In this document: one piece after another, positions 10,489 through 23,411 of the stretch
Position numbering within the stretch: position 1 is the stretch's first letter
Layout: every line of letters begins with the position of its first letter
DNA from: Dirinaria sp. TL-2023a
Lineage: Eukaryota
Direction of reading: 5' to 3'
Length of the DNA: 41,956 bases
Assembly: GCA_051941275.1 (NCBI GenBank)
Contig: JAVEBF010000036.1
Span: 1-41,956, forward strand
The notes under the pieces: model-generated
Databases searched by the model: none
Seen by the model: only the letters and a program-made list of their open reading frames with translations
What the model was told of the DNA's origin: nothing
Made by a program: the position numbers and the translations under genes

Positions 10489-11394
10489 CTATGAAAAGTA
10501 ATTCGCTTCCATGTCCGCGAGCAGCCCAAGCTGAGTGGGATGCCATCCAAGCTCCCTCTGAGTCTTTTCACTCGAAGTAGGGTTGTCGAGACCGATCAGA
10601 TAAGCAAAGAATCCAATTTTCTCCGTCGCTTCTTCTGGCGATTTTCCTTCCACAGGGAGGTTGAGATGCTTCCCGATCACAGTCATAATGTCTTTTATAG
10701 CGACCCCTTGTTCAGCCACGGCATTATAAGTCGCACCGGCTGTGCCTTTGTCCAGCGCGAGGCGAATCAAGACCGCAGCGTCCTCTCGATGGACAGCCGG
10801 CCATCGAGCCGATCCATCGTTTACGTAAACAACAGAATCCTTCCCGCGGTACATGTCGATCAACATTGGTATCAAGCCACCGTCTCCTGCGCCATGTGTC
10901 GTGGGTGAGAATTGGACTAGCATGCCACGAAATTGTTTCTCCTTGGCAAGTGCGAAAAGAAGGTCCGCAGACTTCATGCGCTCGGCAAGCGGAGTGTTTC
11001 TGTCATCTTCGCTATCTTCAGTGGCAAGTGATCCCTTGCGCTTCGACAATGTGCCGGTAGCTGTGATCAGTGGTTTTCCGGTACCGGCCAATACTTCCGC
11101 CATGGCCTCGATGGCTGCTCGGTCGGCAGCGGCAGCGCGGGGAAAATCCTGAAAATCTCTTGTGAAGGCGAGATGAACAACTCCGTCGACCGCTTTCGCG
11201 CCGCTTCTCAGACTCTCAATGTCTTCTATGCTCCCGGTGTGTGGTTCGGCGCCAGCATTGATGACTTTTTCAGCAGATGCTTCACTGCGGACAAGCCCAA
11301 GCACCTGATGACCATTTTTGACGAGTTCTCGGATGGTGGCACGTCCAATGAAGCCGGCAGCTCCCGTGACAAAGATACGCATGGTTGCCTTCAA
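10489..11394 (-). CDS. Atypical SDR / NAD-dependent epimerase-dehydratase family oxidoreductase (YLL056C-like), intronless
   Basis: Rossmann motif RIFVTGAAGFIG, VVHLAF, RWPAVHREDAA, and C-terminal SSEKTQRELGWHP. The start may be the second Met at 11382. Confidence 0.92.
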   Translation of the reverse strand: MKATMRIFVTGAAGFIGRATIRELVKNGHQVLGLVRSEASAEKVINAGAEPHTGSIEDIESLRSGAKAVDGVVHLAFTRDFQDFPRAAAADRAAIEAMAEVLAGTGKPLITATGTLSKRKGSLATEDSEDDRNTPLAERMKSADLLFALAKEKQFRGMLVQFSPTTHGAGDGGLIPMLIDMYRGKDSVVYVNDGSARWPAVHREDAAVLIRLALDKGTAGATYNAVAEQGVAIKDIMTVIGKHLNLPVEGKSPEEATEKIGFFAYLIGLDNPTSSEKTQRELGWHPTQLGLLADMEANYFS

Positions 11395-12381
11395 CTTCGA
11401 ACGATTATTCGCGCTAGTATGTCGATGAACGAGGGTTGGATGGTAAGCAGAGCGTTGATAATTGACTGTTGATCAGCAGAACGACGGAGACGTGACACTG
11501 ATCTTTATAAAATTCGCTATCTTTGCAGCTCTTTCAGCTCATCCTTCATGCATGGCTGCAGCCCGCATACGTCAGCCCAGCAATTGTTATATCCGAGCCT
11601 GAAATGCTAAGTCCGAGTATGTTTAAGTCCGGGGAACGAGTACGAAGGTCAGGACAAGCATCCTTTGCACTGGTGCGATGATTGAGCATTGCGATCCGCC
11701 GGGCTATTTCTAAGCAGAAAAAGCAATTTTGAAAGTGTCAATCTAAAGTGCTACATAGCCCTAAAACGACCGTAGAGCTCAGAGATCATTAGTCCTAATC
11801 TCCGCGCATCGAGCATTTCGTTCCCCTTGTCTTTCAGCAATATCGCGACTAAAGTCAGATGCGGGCTTCTCTTGATGAATGCAGACAGTGTAACAACCAT
11901 TTTCAAGCGCCTTCGTTAAAGTAGAAGTCAATTAAGCGAATAAATCCTATAGAGCCGATCTCATATCACTAGGCAAGGAGGTGGACAGGCATTTGGATCC
12001 ATCGGACACGGCTAAAGACTTGGCACACTAGGTGATTGTCATCCTCTAGAAAGTATAATTAGTATTCACGCTGAGACTTCTCATAGTAACAGCAATAACA
12101 TTGGGTGACTCCTGAGTCAATTCTCGAGCACGAGCATGAGAGATGACTACCAAAAAGTTCCGTGATCTATACAGTATCAGGCAGGAGATTTAGAGCCTAA
12201 AACTGCTAGCCTCCTGACACAGACGATTGCTCGTGAGAGCGATTCTAGTAGAGTTGATGGAAGAGCTCACAGTCTCCTAAGTACCATCTCTTTCACGGCG
12301 AAGATCGCCCTCTCCGACCTTTTGATGATGTACAAATTCGAAGAGTTCCCGTTGAAATCCTCCTCTATTTTTTTGACAATT

Positions 12382-13380
12382 TTAAGAACTGTTGACGTTG
12401 CTGGCTCGATCTAAAACCTTGAACTCTCCAAACCCAACCGGCTGGCCTCGGAATTTGAGTACAAATTGTCCAGCCCGATAAATATTACGCTTGATCATGT
12501 ACTTGGCAATTTTGTGCACTAAATATATGATCTGGTCGTAGAAAAAGTAGGGTGGTCCAATTGTTTCGGGCATTTGCGCTGGCTTGATCATGAGCGTTAC
12601 CTCATGGTCGGTGATGTCGGCTTCCCCATGAAGGTATTCGGGACGAAGCTCTGCCATTTTGATGATCATCTCGCACGCCAACCATATGGCCTGGTCTTGG
12701 GTCAAAGATGGCCCGTCGAAGTTCTCTGCAATCTCCCAATGCGGTGGAGGGCGGTCGAGAGAGACCTTTGGAACGGGCGCCAAGGGTATGGCATTCTTGG
12801 CCGAAGTTACACTGTTAGTAGAAAGCTCAGTGGAATTGACCGGTACAGTCAAGTTCCTGGTAGAATCGGTGGAGAAAGCTGTAGGCCGAACTCTGGTCTC
12901 ACCGATTTTGATCGGGCTGATGCCAGGGCCATAATCGAAAAACAAATGGGTTTCGCAGCTTTTGAAATTGCCGTGCAGAAACATATGGCTTAAGCTATCC
13001 TCTAGACCCCACATGGCCGTCGCGAACGTTAATGGTGGGAGACTTTCGATCGCGATTTGCACATCGTTATATCGTCTATCCGAGAATGTTCTGCCGGGCA
13101 TAAAGTCTTGAATTCTTTGGAAAGCAAGCTCCTTCAATAGTCCGAGGAAGTTGATATAAACCGAATCATGGGAGAGTTCCGGTTGGTGGTTTCTGAAGAG
13201 AGCGAAGAAGTTCGGATCCCTGTCAGCCTTAAGACTCAGATTTGCAGTCGAGTCAGATAGAATGAGTGGTTGATAAGAGAATAGTAAGTCATGATCGTCG
13301 TCAAGTGCAGGTCGTTTTATGGTTACTGCAGCACATGCCAGGATCGAGCAAGAAATCACCAGGACAAATCTGAATCGCAT
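12382..13380 (-). CDS. Secreted hypothetical protein (332 aa) with two tandem related domains
   Basis: The internal Met at 13380 begins a signal peptide (MRFRFVLVISCSILACAA). The upstream 82 codons of the track ORF look non-coding. Two similar halves are joined by an S/T/N-rich linker with N-glycosylation sequons. Confidence 0.8.
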   Translation of the reverse strand: MRFRFVLVISCSILACAAVTIKRPALDDDHDLLFSYQPLILSDSTANLSLKADRDPNFFALFRNHQPELSHDSVYINFLGLLKELAFQRIQDFMPGRTFSDRRYNDVQIAIESLPPLTFATAMWGLEDSLSHMFLHGNFKSCETHLFFDYGPGISPIKIGETRVRPTAFSTDSTRNLTVPVNSTELSTNSVTSAKNAIPLAPVPKVSLDRPPPHWEIAENFDGPSLTQDQAIWLACEMIIKMAELRPEYLHGEADITDHEVTLMIKPAQMPETIGPPYFFYDQIIYLVHKIAKYMIKRNIYRAGQFVLKFRGQPVGFGEFKVLDRASNVNSS

Positions 13381-15208
13381 TGTATGACCTGTCAAAAATT
13401 CTGAATGATTCAGACACCTACCGGGCCATACTTTTATGCACTTTTGGTGCTCTGCGGCTGTGTGTGTGACCAGTGTAGAGTAAGCACCAGTTGCCCGCCT
13501 TCGTAGCCAGTAATCGCATGATTGTTCCGGTTCGGTGAAGCTTTGACCAGCACTAGCAGTAGGATTTGATCTGCTAGCATTAATCTCGGAATCCAAAGGC
13601 TCACCATTGGACGTAACATTGTACATGCCAGCTCAATTCCGTGCTTCTAAAGGCGAGAATTGACTTAACATACACTGTTCCTACTCAGTGGGAAGCGCAG
13701 AATCGAAGCTCCTTACTTCTAACGCGTCAAACATTCCGTAGCTGCTTTGGTACATATTCGAATTTGTAAAAGAACGAAGATTCAAATAGAGGCTCGACTT
13801 TGCAGTTTCGGCTTTGTTGGAAATGTCGAAGCAAATTTTTTGGAGCTTCAATTATTCTGCGTCACAGCAGACTTTGAATCGCATGGTCTACAGCAAAAAG
13901 TTCAAGAACTTCATATCAGAAATCTGTGTTTGATGAGGGGTTGTTTGTGGCCTGTCATCTCCTATGCAGGTGCCTTTCGAATTTTCTTAAGAACGAAGGC
14001 ATCGCTTGCTACGCGGCATTACACATACATGCCCACATCAGACAGATACGCAAGAGCGGAGTCAGCCGTCGTGTTGGACATGCGAAGAATGAAATACATG
14101 AGGATAAGCTGAGTACGTACGGAGCAGCACCGACAGATGTCGAAAATCTTCTATCATCTTCAATATCAGGGATGAATTATTGTATCAATAATGTTTCGAA
14201 GTAGCTACCGAGGCTAAATGAGAGGGGGAACTTTCCTCATCTATACGATATACTGTTGAGAGTCTGAAATCATACTTCAAATGCATCGCCCGAACGCAGC
14301 AATTGGTCTGTAGTATCAGTATTTCAGAGCTGTCCTCGGAGCACTGCGCCACATAGGCGTTTAGGAGCTTCGGGTATTTCCAGTTTCAAAACCTGCAATG
14401 CGGTTTGTCATGGTTGTACGGCCTTTTTCCATTAGTAATGTTAGGCCGTTGACGCTGGTCACAGAGACCGCTCTAGTTGTCGCAGCATTTGTTGACTTTG
14501 AGTTGTGCGCCAGGGTGTGATCCCGGAGACAAATGAACGCCTTGAACAGAAAGGTGGACGAGCATGCGAAACAGTTTGCTGGCGTATATTCTGTGGCGAA
14601 GTCTCTCTCTTGCGTGAGGCTGTCTATCTCAGAAGATCTTCGTGGAAGAAGAGGTGGTTAACGAAAAAGAGGTTGGAAATTATTGCTTCATGCACCTTAC
14701 CTATTTGGTATTAGTCAGGTAAGTGATCAGCTACAATTTATACGCGGCGCGTTTGAAGGGGTCAAAGTTCTCATATTTTGTAGGTAAAAATGTAGGATTT
14801 CTGACGGTTGAGATGGTCTGGCGTTTGAGATGGCGCCTACTAAATGGCATGCGGTTCATCTAGTAGGGGACTTACGGTTATGTGTGTGTACGTGCTTGTC
14901 TGAAAACCCGTTAATTTTAAGCGATCGGCCGCTTATCGCCAAATCATGTTTCGTCAATTTGACAGGCGCATCTCATAGTCGCATTTGCTACACAGCCCTG
15001 CCTCGAAGCCTTATAAGCGATCCGTCTTCCATTATTGTATGTGGCTGAGTGAGCCGTCAATGATACATAAGTCCTAGACTCTTCGGTGCCTGATCCAAAG
15101 ACAGATTTGCTAAAGCCTCTACAACCACAGCAGCATCATCGACACTTTTCATAAAGTCATAGCGACGAGCTCCATTCATTATTACACATTTTCAGCCATT
15201 GAACATCC

Positions 15209-15430
15209 ATGCCTTCCGAACTCAGAATAGCGGGTAATCCAAACAGCCACCTCCACGACAAATCGTCGATTACGAGTCATTCTTCTCAAAAAGAACAGAT
15301 CGACGTGACTCATCTCCAAGGACAAGGGATGTATAATGGGTGGGAGATGAGTCCCGAGCAACGTGACAAGGCAGAAAGAAAGCAACGATTTTGGGATAGA
15401 GTATTGGATATTCTCGGGTGGTTCGGGTAA
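15209..15430 (+). CDS. Possible 73-aa small protein with an amphipathic C-terminus
   Basis: ATG in catccATG context and a protein-like C-terminus (AERKQRFWDRVLDILGWFG); no family recognised. Confidence 0.35.
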   Translation: MPSELRIAGNPNSHLHDKSSITSHSSQKEQIDVTHLQGQGMYNGWEMSPEQRDKAERKQRFWDRVLDILGWFG

Positions 15431-16686
15431 ACGGGGAGTGTTTTGGAGAGTAAAGATCGTGAGAGGAGGAATTCGATATCGTACTGCAAGCTGTGGCTTC
15501 GGCTGGCTGCAATATTCAAGTCCGCATAGTCGCAAAACGAGAGCCAAGTATGTTGCGCTGCCCTGGCTTATCCAAAAAGCTCCTTTACATCAGTAGATGA
15601 ATGGAAAAGACGGGTGGTCTCGAAAGACAGCCTGTACTCTCTGTTCCTCGGTCGCGCTTTCTTTTCTCAACTCACGATCCCGAAAAGAAGCCCATCATGA
15701 GTACAGCAGCCATGATTAACAAACTCAAACAAATTTTGAATCCCGTCCGACAAAGCGGAGCGAGCATCTGTGGAGGGAAGAAGGAGACTTGTAATTATCC
15801 CTCTTGACTGCTTAACAACGATCTGTATTCTAGTTGTAATAGCTCTAATATCTGAGTCCGATAAGTTTTTTGCTACCGTAGACCAAAGCAGTGAAAGCGA
15901 AATATAACTAAGCACTTCAGTTCAAAGACAGCGCCGCAAATCAGAATGATTTGGACAAATCCTCCTGCTCTTTCAATAGAACCAAGCCAATGAAGCTAAG
16001 CAGACAGCCGACTTGGGGAAACTGACACACGGTGGCGCAGCCGACCGGAAAGATACGCTGTTGTTAGAGAAGCGAGGCTGAAGCAGAGAAGGATGAGTAC
16101 CGCGAGAATCTGAATGTGACGCAGAATGTAGTGAGGGTATAGGGTTTGCACGCAAGAAGGATCAAACAGGTTGATACTGTAGGTAGTGGCACATTCCCAA
16201 TGTAGATAGGAATGCTGACCCAGGTAAGTTGTTGGATGTAACATAAAAGTCATGTTGCTGACGGTGGGAGTTGAAGTTCCTATCTCAACCAGATCATGCA
16301 GTCAGATAGACAGCGTGTGATGGCATTCTTGTCTAATCTATCCACCTTCGCCAAAAGTGATTGAACACACTCGAGTATTATCGAAGGTCGTTTCGTTAAA
16401 CTATCATCTTGCAATGAGTGTACGTCATGAAGTTCTAATGCAGTGATCAGAGTTCTGGGATTACTTCTCCTTGAATAGGCAGATTGGATAATTGCTGTAC
16501 AAGTATGCTCGATGGCGACGTGTCAAAACTCATGTCCGTTTGAAAGAACCAGTTTTTCTATGGAATTGAATGAGAGACCAGAGAAATATTCTCAGCCACA
16601 TAATGAGATGTCCGTCCAAAGATAGTGAAAGACTCTCAGAGTCGCCAGCTTCCTTCTTTTCACTCTATCGATATCCGCGCTGAAGC

Positions 16687-17691
16687 TCACTCAATCCGTT
16701 CGACTTCAAATCTTAGCCTTCTTAGACCCGGCTCACTCCAATGACCCACACCCATGCCTTCTCCCGTATCTAGCTCGGCCCAAAGTTTCCATTGCGTACC
16801 CGTCTCTTGCGCAGCAGCATGCCATAGCTTCTTGAAACTCTCGGCATCATGCCTCCACACCATTGATGCATCTTTCTCTCCACTTGCAGCATTCTCCACT
16901 TCCTGCGCTTTCAGATTACCTGTCTGCCTGCCGAACACGATACTCCCCTTTTGAGGCTTCAAAATTTCGATTGCCCGCTTGCAAATCTTAAGCTGATTAT
17001 CCCACGAGAACAGATGTAGGAAGTTGCCGAGATGTATGAAATCCATTTTCCCACGAACCCGGTCCCACATCTCTCCGTCCTGGAAAACATTTGCCGCAAA
17101 GAAGTGTGCCGCACAGGTCTCTTTGTCCGCGAAAAGCTCATAGCCTAGCTCCAGAAAATCCGAGTTGAAGTCGGTTCCATACAGTCTGTCGGAAGGGACG
17201 CCATCGTAGATCAGCTTCCTTATGTCTTGCGCGAAACAACACCCAATATCGAGGAGGTTCCGCTCATGGTCCAAGTCTCGAAGAAGGGCGAGAACACGCG
17301 GGTAGGCTGGATGGGTTGATATCGAGAGATTCAGGAAACGGAACATGCCGATACAAGGGTACTCTAGTACATTTTGTAATCTCAGCGTTGTGCACGGGAT
17401 ATGTGTCTAACTTCCAATTCCGAGAGAGATACAGACCGTATACGGCCCATGCCTTTTCTCGCTACACAATGAGGTCGTCAGAGGCTAATGATCATGATTG
17501 ACTTGATGAAGTGGGGATGCAAATACCACGCTCATGACATGACCATCAACGTCAGCCGCTGGGACATGACTGTAATTCTCAAAGAGCTCTCGTGTACCGG
17601 GCTCAAACTCTTCAGGCTTAGCGTGGTACCAAGGCACATCTTTATTCTTGCCGCTGGCGACCTCTCTTGCTTCACCGATAGCTTGCGCCAT
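16687..17691 (-). CDS. Class I SAM-dependent methyltransferase (AusD/Trt5-like fungal family), 3 exons
   Basis: Exon 1 17691-17527 (...RELFENYSHVP...); short exon 2 REKAWAVY; exon 3 EYPCIGMFRFL...LLDIGCCFAQDIRKLIYDG...FLELGYELF.D...FLHLFSWDNQ...IVFGRQTG...WRHDAESFKKLW. GT..AG introns. Confidence 0.9.
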
Positions 17692-18774
17692 TGTTGCATC
17701 GAAATATCAATGAATAAGAGCACGGAAGAATCGATAGTTTGGGGAAAAGTATTGCTATGCGGAATATAACTTGAGAAGAAAAGAAGAAAGGAGCCGAGTA
17801 TGCAGTCGAAAAGCTGACGCCAAGGTATGACTGCAGAATATACTCATTGCTTCGGGTGACACAATAATTAGGACAGTCAGATTCACGGGGGGTGGCCGAT
17901 GAGACGTTTTCACAGCTGTTTTACTTGATGTTGTCATCTAGATGCTTTGTTCTTTCTACTGCTATTAGTACTACACATCGTCTCTTAGCTAGCCGATGAT
18001 CAAATCTGCTGTCAAATTCAGTGACTTGAACAGAGGTAGAGACTTGAAGAAGAATGTGAAGAAGTGCGAATACCTATTGGGCTTCAAACAGACACCCGAG
18101 GTAGCACCAAAGACCTCCATGAGGTGACACTGGCCTACACGTGGTCGCATTAGATAAGGTAGTCATCTAGTCCCTTCCCCCTAGCTCTGCTAGCAGTAGA
18201 TCGCGTAATTAGGGGCTCTGCATTGGCAGGCCTGCGGACCAAGCTATTTTGTCAGTGGTACGACTCGAGAGTGCTTGGCAGGCGGAATTTGCCATGATCA
18301 GCTGACCTTGCTCAGTAAGACTGTAAGATATCTGAATGGTCATGGGACTCGAAAATAGTAAGCAGCCGGCTTCTGCAGCCCATTTCCAGAAACTGGCCCA
18401 AGAGCAGTCACGGCTTTGGAATACATAATAAGTCCAGAGAAAATCTTGCTCGTGCAGAGGTAGAGTCGCCTCCGTATTGCTTAGTTCGATTATGTTGCTC
18501 AAGTTTAATCTGCCCCTCAATCGTGTGTTCGCTCTGAGGCCTCACAGTGTCGACTAGAGAAACAGACGAATCGAAAAAATGCCTATCTGTGGTAAGTCGT
18601 GTGCATTTCCACGCAGTCAAGAGCTTTCATAACTGAAGTCACATATTTCTTTTCTCGCACCTCGTTCGTTAGACTTCATTTCCTCCCCTTCCCCAACTTA
18701 TTTTCTGTACCATGTCCAATCCGCGGGAGGCTCTTCTTATGGCCGAAACAGACCGACTGTCCAAAGCTTCCATT

Positions 18775-19149
18775 TTACCATGTATCTGGCCCCATCCTGT
18801 CTAACAAGTACAGATTTCCGCTAGACAAGCAGAGGAAAGGTCCACCGGGCCGAATGTCGCGGCCTTTCATTCTCAGAAGTCTGTATCTTGCGTATCTGTC
18901 CTGATGTATTATTCTGGCAATGTTCGCGAATGGTAGCCTCAGAAAGAGGCTTTTTGAAGTCAAGTTCAGCGCCGTGGCAGACTCAGGTGGTAGCTCCCGC
19001 GCTATTTTCTGTAGAATCTCTGTTGGTAGGGAGAGGAGATTCGTCTTGTTCTCGGGTTGAATTGCTGTGGGTTTTGCGAGCATCCTTCTGAGGTAGGACA
19101 TGAAGGATAGGACGGTGCACTCGAGGATTTTCCGTAGAAGCGAAATCAT
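18775..19149 (-). pseudogene. F-box-like gene fragment or relic
   Basis: LLSLPTEILQKIARELPPESATALNLTSKSLF resembles a fungal F-box N-terminus; the frame ends early and downstream sequence has stops. Confidence 0.45.
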
Positions 19150-20068
19150 GTTGATGCGAATGATAGCTGTAATTTTTGATCGATATGAAGGAAATAATAA
19201 GGGTTGGTCGTCCCATCACGCTTAAATATCGCTCGCTGAACATCACATTGTCCCGCATTCGAAGAAAAGTTTCAACGATCGTGAGAATTCTCCAAATTCC
19301 CGGCACTAGGTCCTCAACAGAAGACCGTTGAGAAGCGGATCAGACGGCAATTCAACATCAACGCCTTTTGAAGCACTAGCGATAAAATGACTCACGGAGG
19401 GTTCGAGTCTCCATCGCGACGCCAGAGGCTATGATTACAGCCAGATACACGGTGCAACAGCACTTGCATCACTATCCGTAATTGACCCACTGAAGGTCAC
19501 AGGCAGCCTCGGATCCAGCCAATCATCATCTTCGGACAGTCCCTTTTACAACAATAGGACATGCATATAGATGACGTTCCATCGTAAAAACCACTTCAAT
19601 CGAAGTTTCATCTCAATACACGTTTTGATCCCTCAGTCGCAAGAACAAGTAAAGCAAGAACAACAGATTTAAGAAGCCAACAGGCACCATTAGCCCCAGA
19701 CTCTATGGCTGCATACGAGCTCTTTGATAAAAAGCGATTGAAACAGAGGAGATGGCGTGTAGATCCCCACCCACCTCTAATAATAGCGGCACCGCGCCTG
19801 CTACTTGATTGCCTTTCTAGGATTCTATGTTGAAGATGGAGTTACCGAGTCTTGGGCAGTGATAGTATATCAGTTAAAAATTAGGAGCGAAGTTTTCAGT
19901 CTAAGATAAAATGGACGTTTAGGAAAAAATATTATGTTGGACTGTAGACCTGTTGCGTTGACTATGATATTCCATAGGCATACGATCTGCACGTGTAAGA
20001 TGCGTGCAATTGCTAGCATAGCAGTAGCTGTGACCCAAAATATTTTGGGAAAGAGGGTGGCTCAGCGT

Positions 20069-23000
20069 TTAAGGCAACGCAGTCGATTGAACCTGCGCAT
20101 CCATTGCATGATCTGTCACAGGTACTCGAATCTGCCCATCGCTGATCTGCGTCACCGGTGCATTAAGAGTCGAAGAAATTTCCTTGGATACACCCTGGAA
20201 TATGCCACCCCTCGTCAAGGACTCAAGGCCAGTAATTCTCAACACATTGTTAGCGAAAGCTGTCAAGCCGCCTTGTAGCGATAATCCATTCAATGTGATA
20301 TTCCTAGTTGAAGCTTTAGCCCCAGTAATTGTCACGTTACCGAGTGGATTCGTGTCGACGAAAGACCCAGTGATGTTGAGCGTGATGGATTCGCTGGCGT
20401 ATGATATCTATGGATCACTCAGCCATTATACAAGCGAAACATGAATGCGGCATGTAGGACTCACTTCGATATACTTCGTCGCATTTTGGATGAGGCTCTC
20501 TCCGTCATCCAAGTAGAGCGAGCCACTTGCCATTCCTCGACTATCAAGTGCAATGATCAGGTTATAAGGGTTCTGCCTCGAGGTTGCTGTTGTATTACCG
20601 GGTTGCTGCAAGACAAGAATTGACCCTCCTCGAATGAAGACAGGTATATGGCCCAGAGGTGCGTCGATCGTGGTGTTTACGCCTGCCTGCGCCTCGACTC
20701 TCTCAAGGGTGTACCAGTCATACCAGATCGTCCCCTGAGAAACACCCGGAAAGATGCCCTTCACGGAGCTTACCTGCGGCTCCAAGACGGGGGTGATGAG
20801 GAGAGAAGGTCCAAGCATGAATTGGTTATCGACTGCAGCTAGTTGAGGGTCGTTAGGAAATTCCCATGCTAAAGCTCGCATCACGGTCTCGGCTTGTGTA
20901 TGTGCCGCGTGAAACAACGTATAAATATATGGCAATAAGGAGTACCGAATAGACATCACTGTCCTCGTCGCTTCGGCTACGCTCTCCCAAACATAGGCCT
21001 CCTGAGAGATTGCTGTGATAGTATTATGATTGCGGTAGAATGGGAAAAAAGCGCTAAGTTGCATCCACCGACTGCAAAGTTCGTAGTCTGTGTTCCCTGC
21101 AAAACCGCATGTATCGACTCCGAACATTGGAATGCCTGCAATAGCAAATTGCAAAGCTTGAGAGATTGAGAAGTACATTGAGGGCCATTTGGAGTAATTG
21201 TCGCCACCCCAGTGAGACGTGACGGTACCAGAGCCAGCAAAGGTGGAGCGACCGACAGTGAAGGGGCGGCGATTGGGAAATATATTGAGAAGAGCATGAT
21301 AGGTTGCATTGGAAATTTGAAGACCAAAAAGATTATGCTGTTCGTATTCCGTGGTATTGAAGGCGTCATTGTGAGTCGCATTGGGAGCGATACCACCTTT
21401 CACTAGAGAATGTCCGGCAAGGAAACTGTTGATGACATAGGGAGGAAAGTTCAAGTTACGGATGCCTGGCGTAGGGACCGTAGTTGGGTAGGCAGACGAC
21501 GATGAGGTTGATGCGGCCGTGGCTGAACTCATGGAGGCTTGGGACGTGGATGCAGAAGAAGCAGAGGCTGCTGCTGTCGAGTTGGTAGCATTAAAATCCT
21601 CGGGGTAGTCGAGGACCAAATTCCCAGGGTCTCCTGGCAATGCAAACGGGGGATGCGCTGGATTGATATTCAGCTGGCCGGTCCCGCAGCTGCCGACACA
21701 GTAGGAGGAGGCTTCGCTCAAGTCTATCCAAATTCCATCGAAAGGAATGTCATGGTGCCAGTTCGCGAGCTCGAATGTCCAAAAATCTTGCGCCGTGGGA
21801 CCTAGGAAATCTGGCCAGACAGAAAAGCCTGGCCACTGATCGCCGTAATAGAACGTTCCGTCTGAATTACGGATGAAGGCACCTAACTCGGCGCCTCTAG
21901 TATAGACGTCGTAAGAGTCGCTCGAATTAGTAGGGTCAGGAGCATAGATGTTAGAATCAACGATCGGAACGTAGTGTTGGCCTGCTGCATGGAGCTTGTT
22001 CAAGAAGTCTCGGCCAGCAGGCACCGGGAAGTTCAGAGGTCCATTTGTAAAGTCCCTATATTCATCCATATCTGGAAATAACGTCAGACAAGGGAGAACC
22101 TAGAGGCATGAATGAACATAGCGTACAGTCAATATCATTCCATATCGTCTCTAATTGAATCCCCGCGTTTGCGTACGAGTCAACTACGTCCTGCATAACG
22201 GACCAGTTCTGGTAGCCCCAGCGGCATTGATGGTATCCGAAAGTCCAGTACATCTGCATAGCTGGGTATCCAATAATACCACCTTGGTATTGGGCAATAA
22301 CTTCCTTGGCGGTGGGACCGCTGAGGAAATAAAAGTCGAAGCTTCCACCAATGGTCCTGTATGTAATGTTACCATCTCGTAAAAGCCACTCTTGCCCATG
22401 AGCATTACGCGCGTAGACACCATGGGATAATGAAGCTGAGTTGTTTTGGTAGCGGTTCTCAAGGTAGACAGGATGGGTCCCATAGAGATTGCTACTCGCC
22501 AAATTAGCTCTAGCATCCATCAGGAGGTGAAGATCCCTATATAAACACGAAATCAAACATTTTTCAGACATTTCTGTACGTGCAAACAGTGGGAAAATCG
22601 CCAGCGAGCTCAACAAAGGTTTACAATTCGCTGAGAAACATAAATCTATGCCTGAAGAAGTTTGAACGATTACCTGTTAATCGGATTGCCGTTGTCAATA
22701 GCGTAGAAAGTCCGGGTAAAGTTGTTACCAAGTCTGAAATTGTTGATGCCATCTGACAAGCCGTATACATTATAGTCGGGCACCATGGATGTAACAAGTT
22801 CTAGGAATTGGTCCTCGAAGACAAGGACAGTGCCCATTGTGCTAAAGATAACTTCATTGCCACGTGATATCTCGAACTGAAAACTCGGTGTGTTCGAATA
22901 CGTGAAATTTAGGTCGTTACCGGTTAGGGATGCACCTTCATCTACCCCCGGAAGCCCAGTAAGAGATTCTGGAAGAATGTATTGGGATGTGTTAGCTGAA

Positions 23001-23411
23001 TTCAAGTACCGAGGCACAATCTTAACATTCAGGCGCTGCTGGTTCTGGTACTCAACCACCAACGACAGGTCAACAATATCATTTCCGTAGGCGTGACATG
23101 GCTCTCCTGCAAGCGTGAGATCCGCTGTGTAGCCATGTGCAGTGGCTTCAACATTCAAAGCTTTATAGCCAGGACATAAGTCCTGAGCGATAGGCGCTGT
23201 AGGATCAGAAATGGTGGGTACTAGACTAGGGGCGGCATTAATAGAAGTATTGAGTGTTGGAATTGGCGTAAAAAGAGGTGATGTTGGTGCTAAGATACAT
23301 CACAGTCAGAAAATCATTGCTTGGGAACTGGAGCCACTGACTCTGTGCCAAAGAAGGACGTGCTAGCCACAGAGAAGCGGCTACTATGGTAGCGGTTCCG
23401 AGGATTGCCAT
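20069..23411 (-). CDS. Secreted glycoside hydrolase family 31 alpha-glucosidase (AgdA-like), multi-exon
   Basis: Signal peptide MAILGTATIVAASLWLARPSLAQ at 23411; CPGYKA, NLYGTHP, GYHQCRWGY, IWNDID; nucleophile region GIWIDLSEASSYCVGSCG; acid/base HWGGDN; RWMQLSAFFPFYRNHN; LYLDDGES. The exact 3' end is less certain. Confidence 0.95.

Noticed and set aside
13381..13626. N-terminal 82-codon extension of the 414-aa track ORF
   Set aside because: The signal peptide starts at the internal Met at 13380; the extension is probably an open 5' UTR.
10489..23411. SDR + methyltransferase + GH31 as one secondary-metabolite cluster, or as part of the HAD/UPRT cluster
   Set aside because: The genes are separated by kilobases and unrelated genes, with no core enzyme or regulator; linkage is unsupported.
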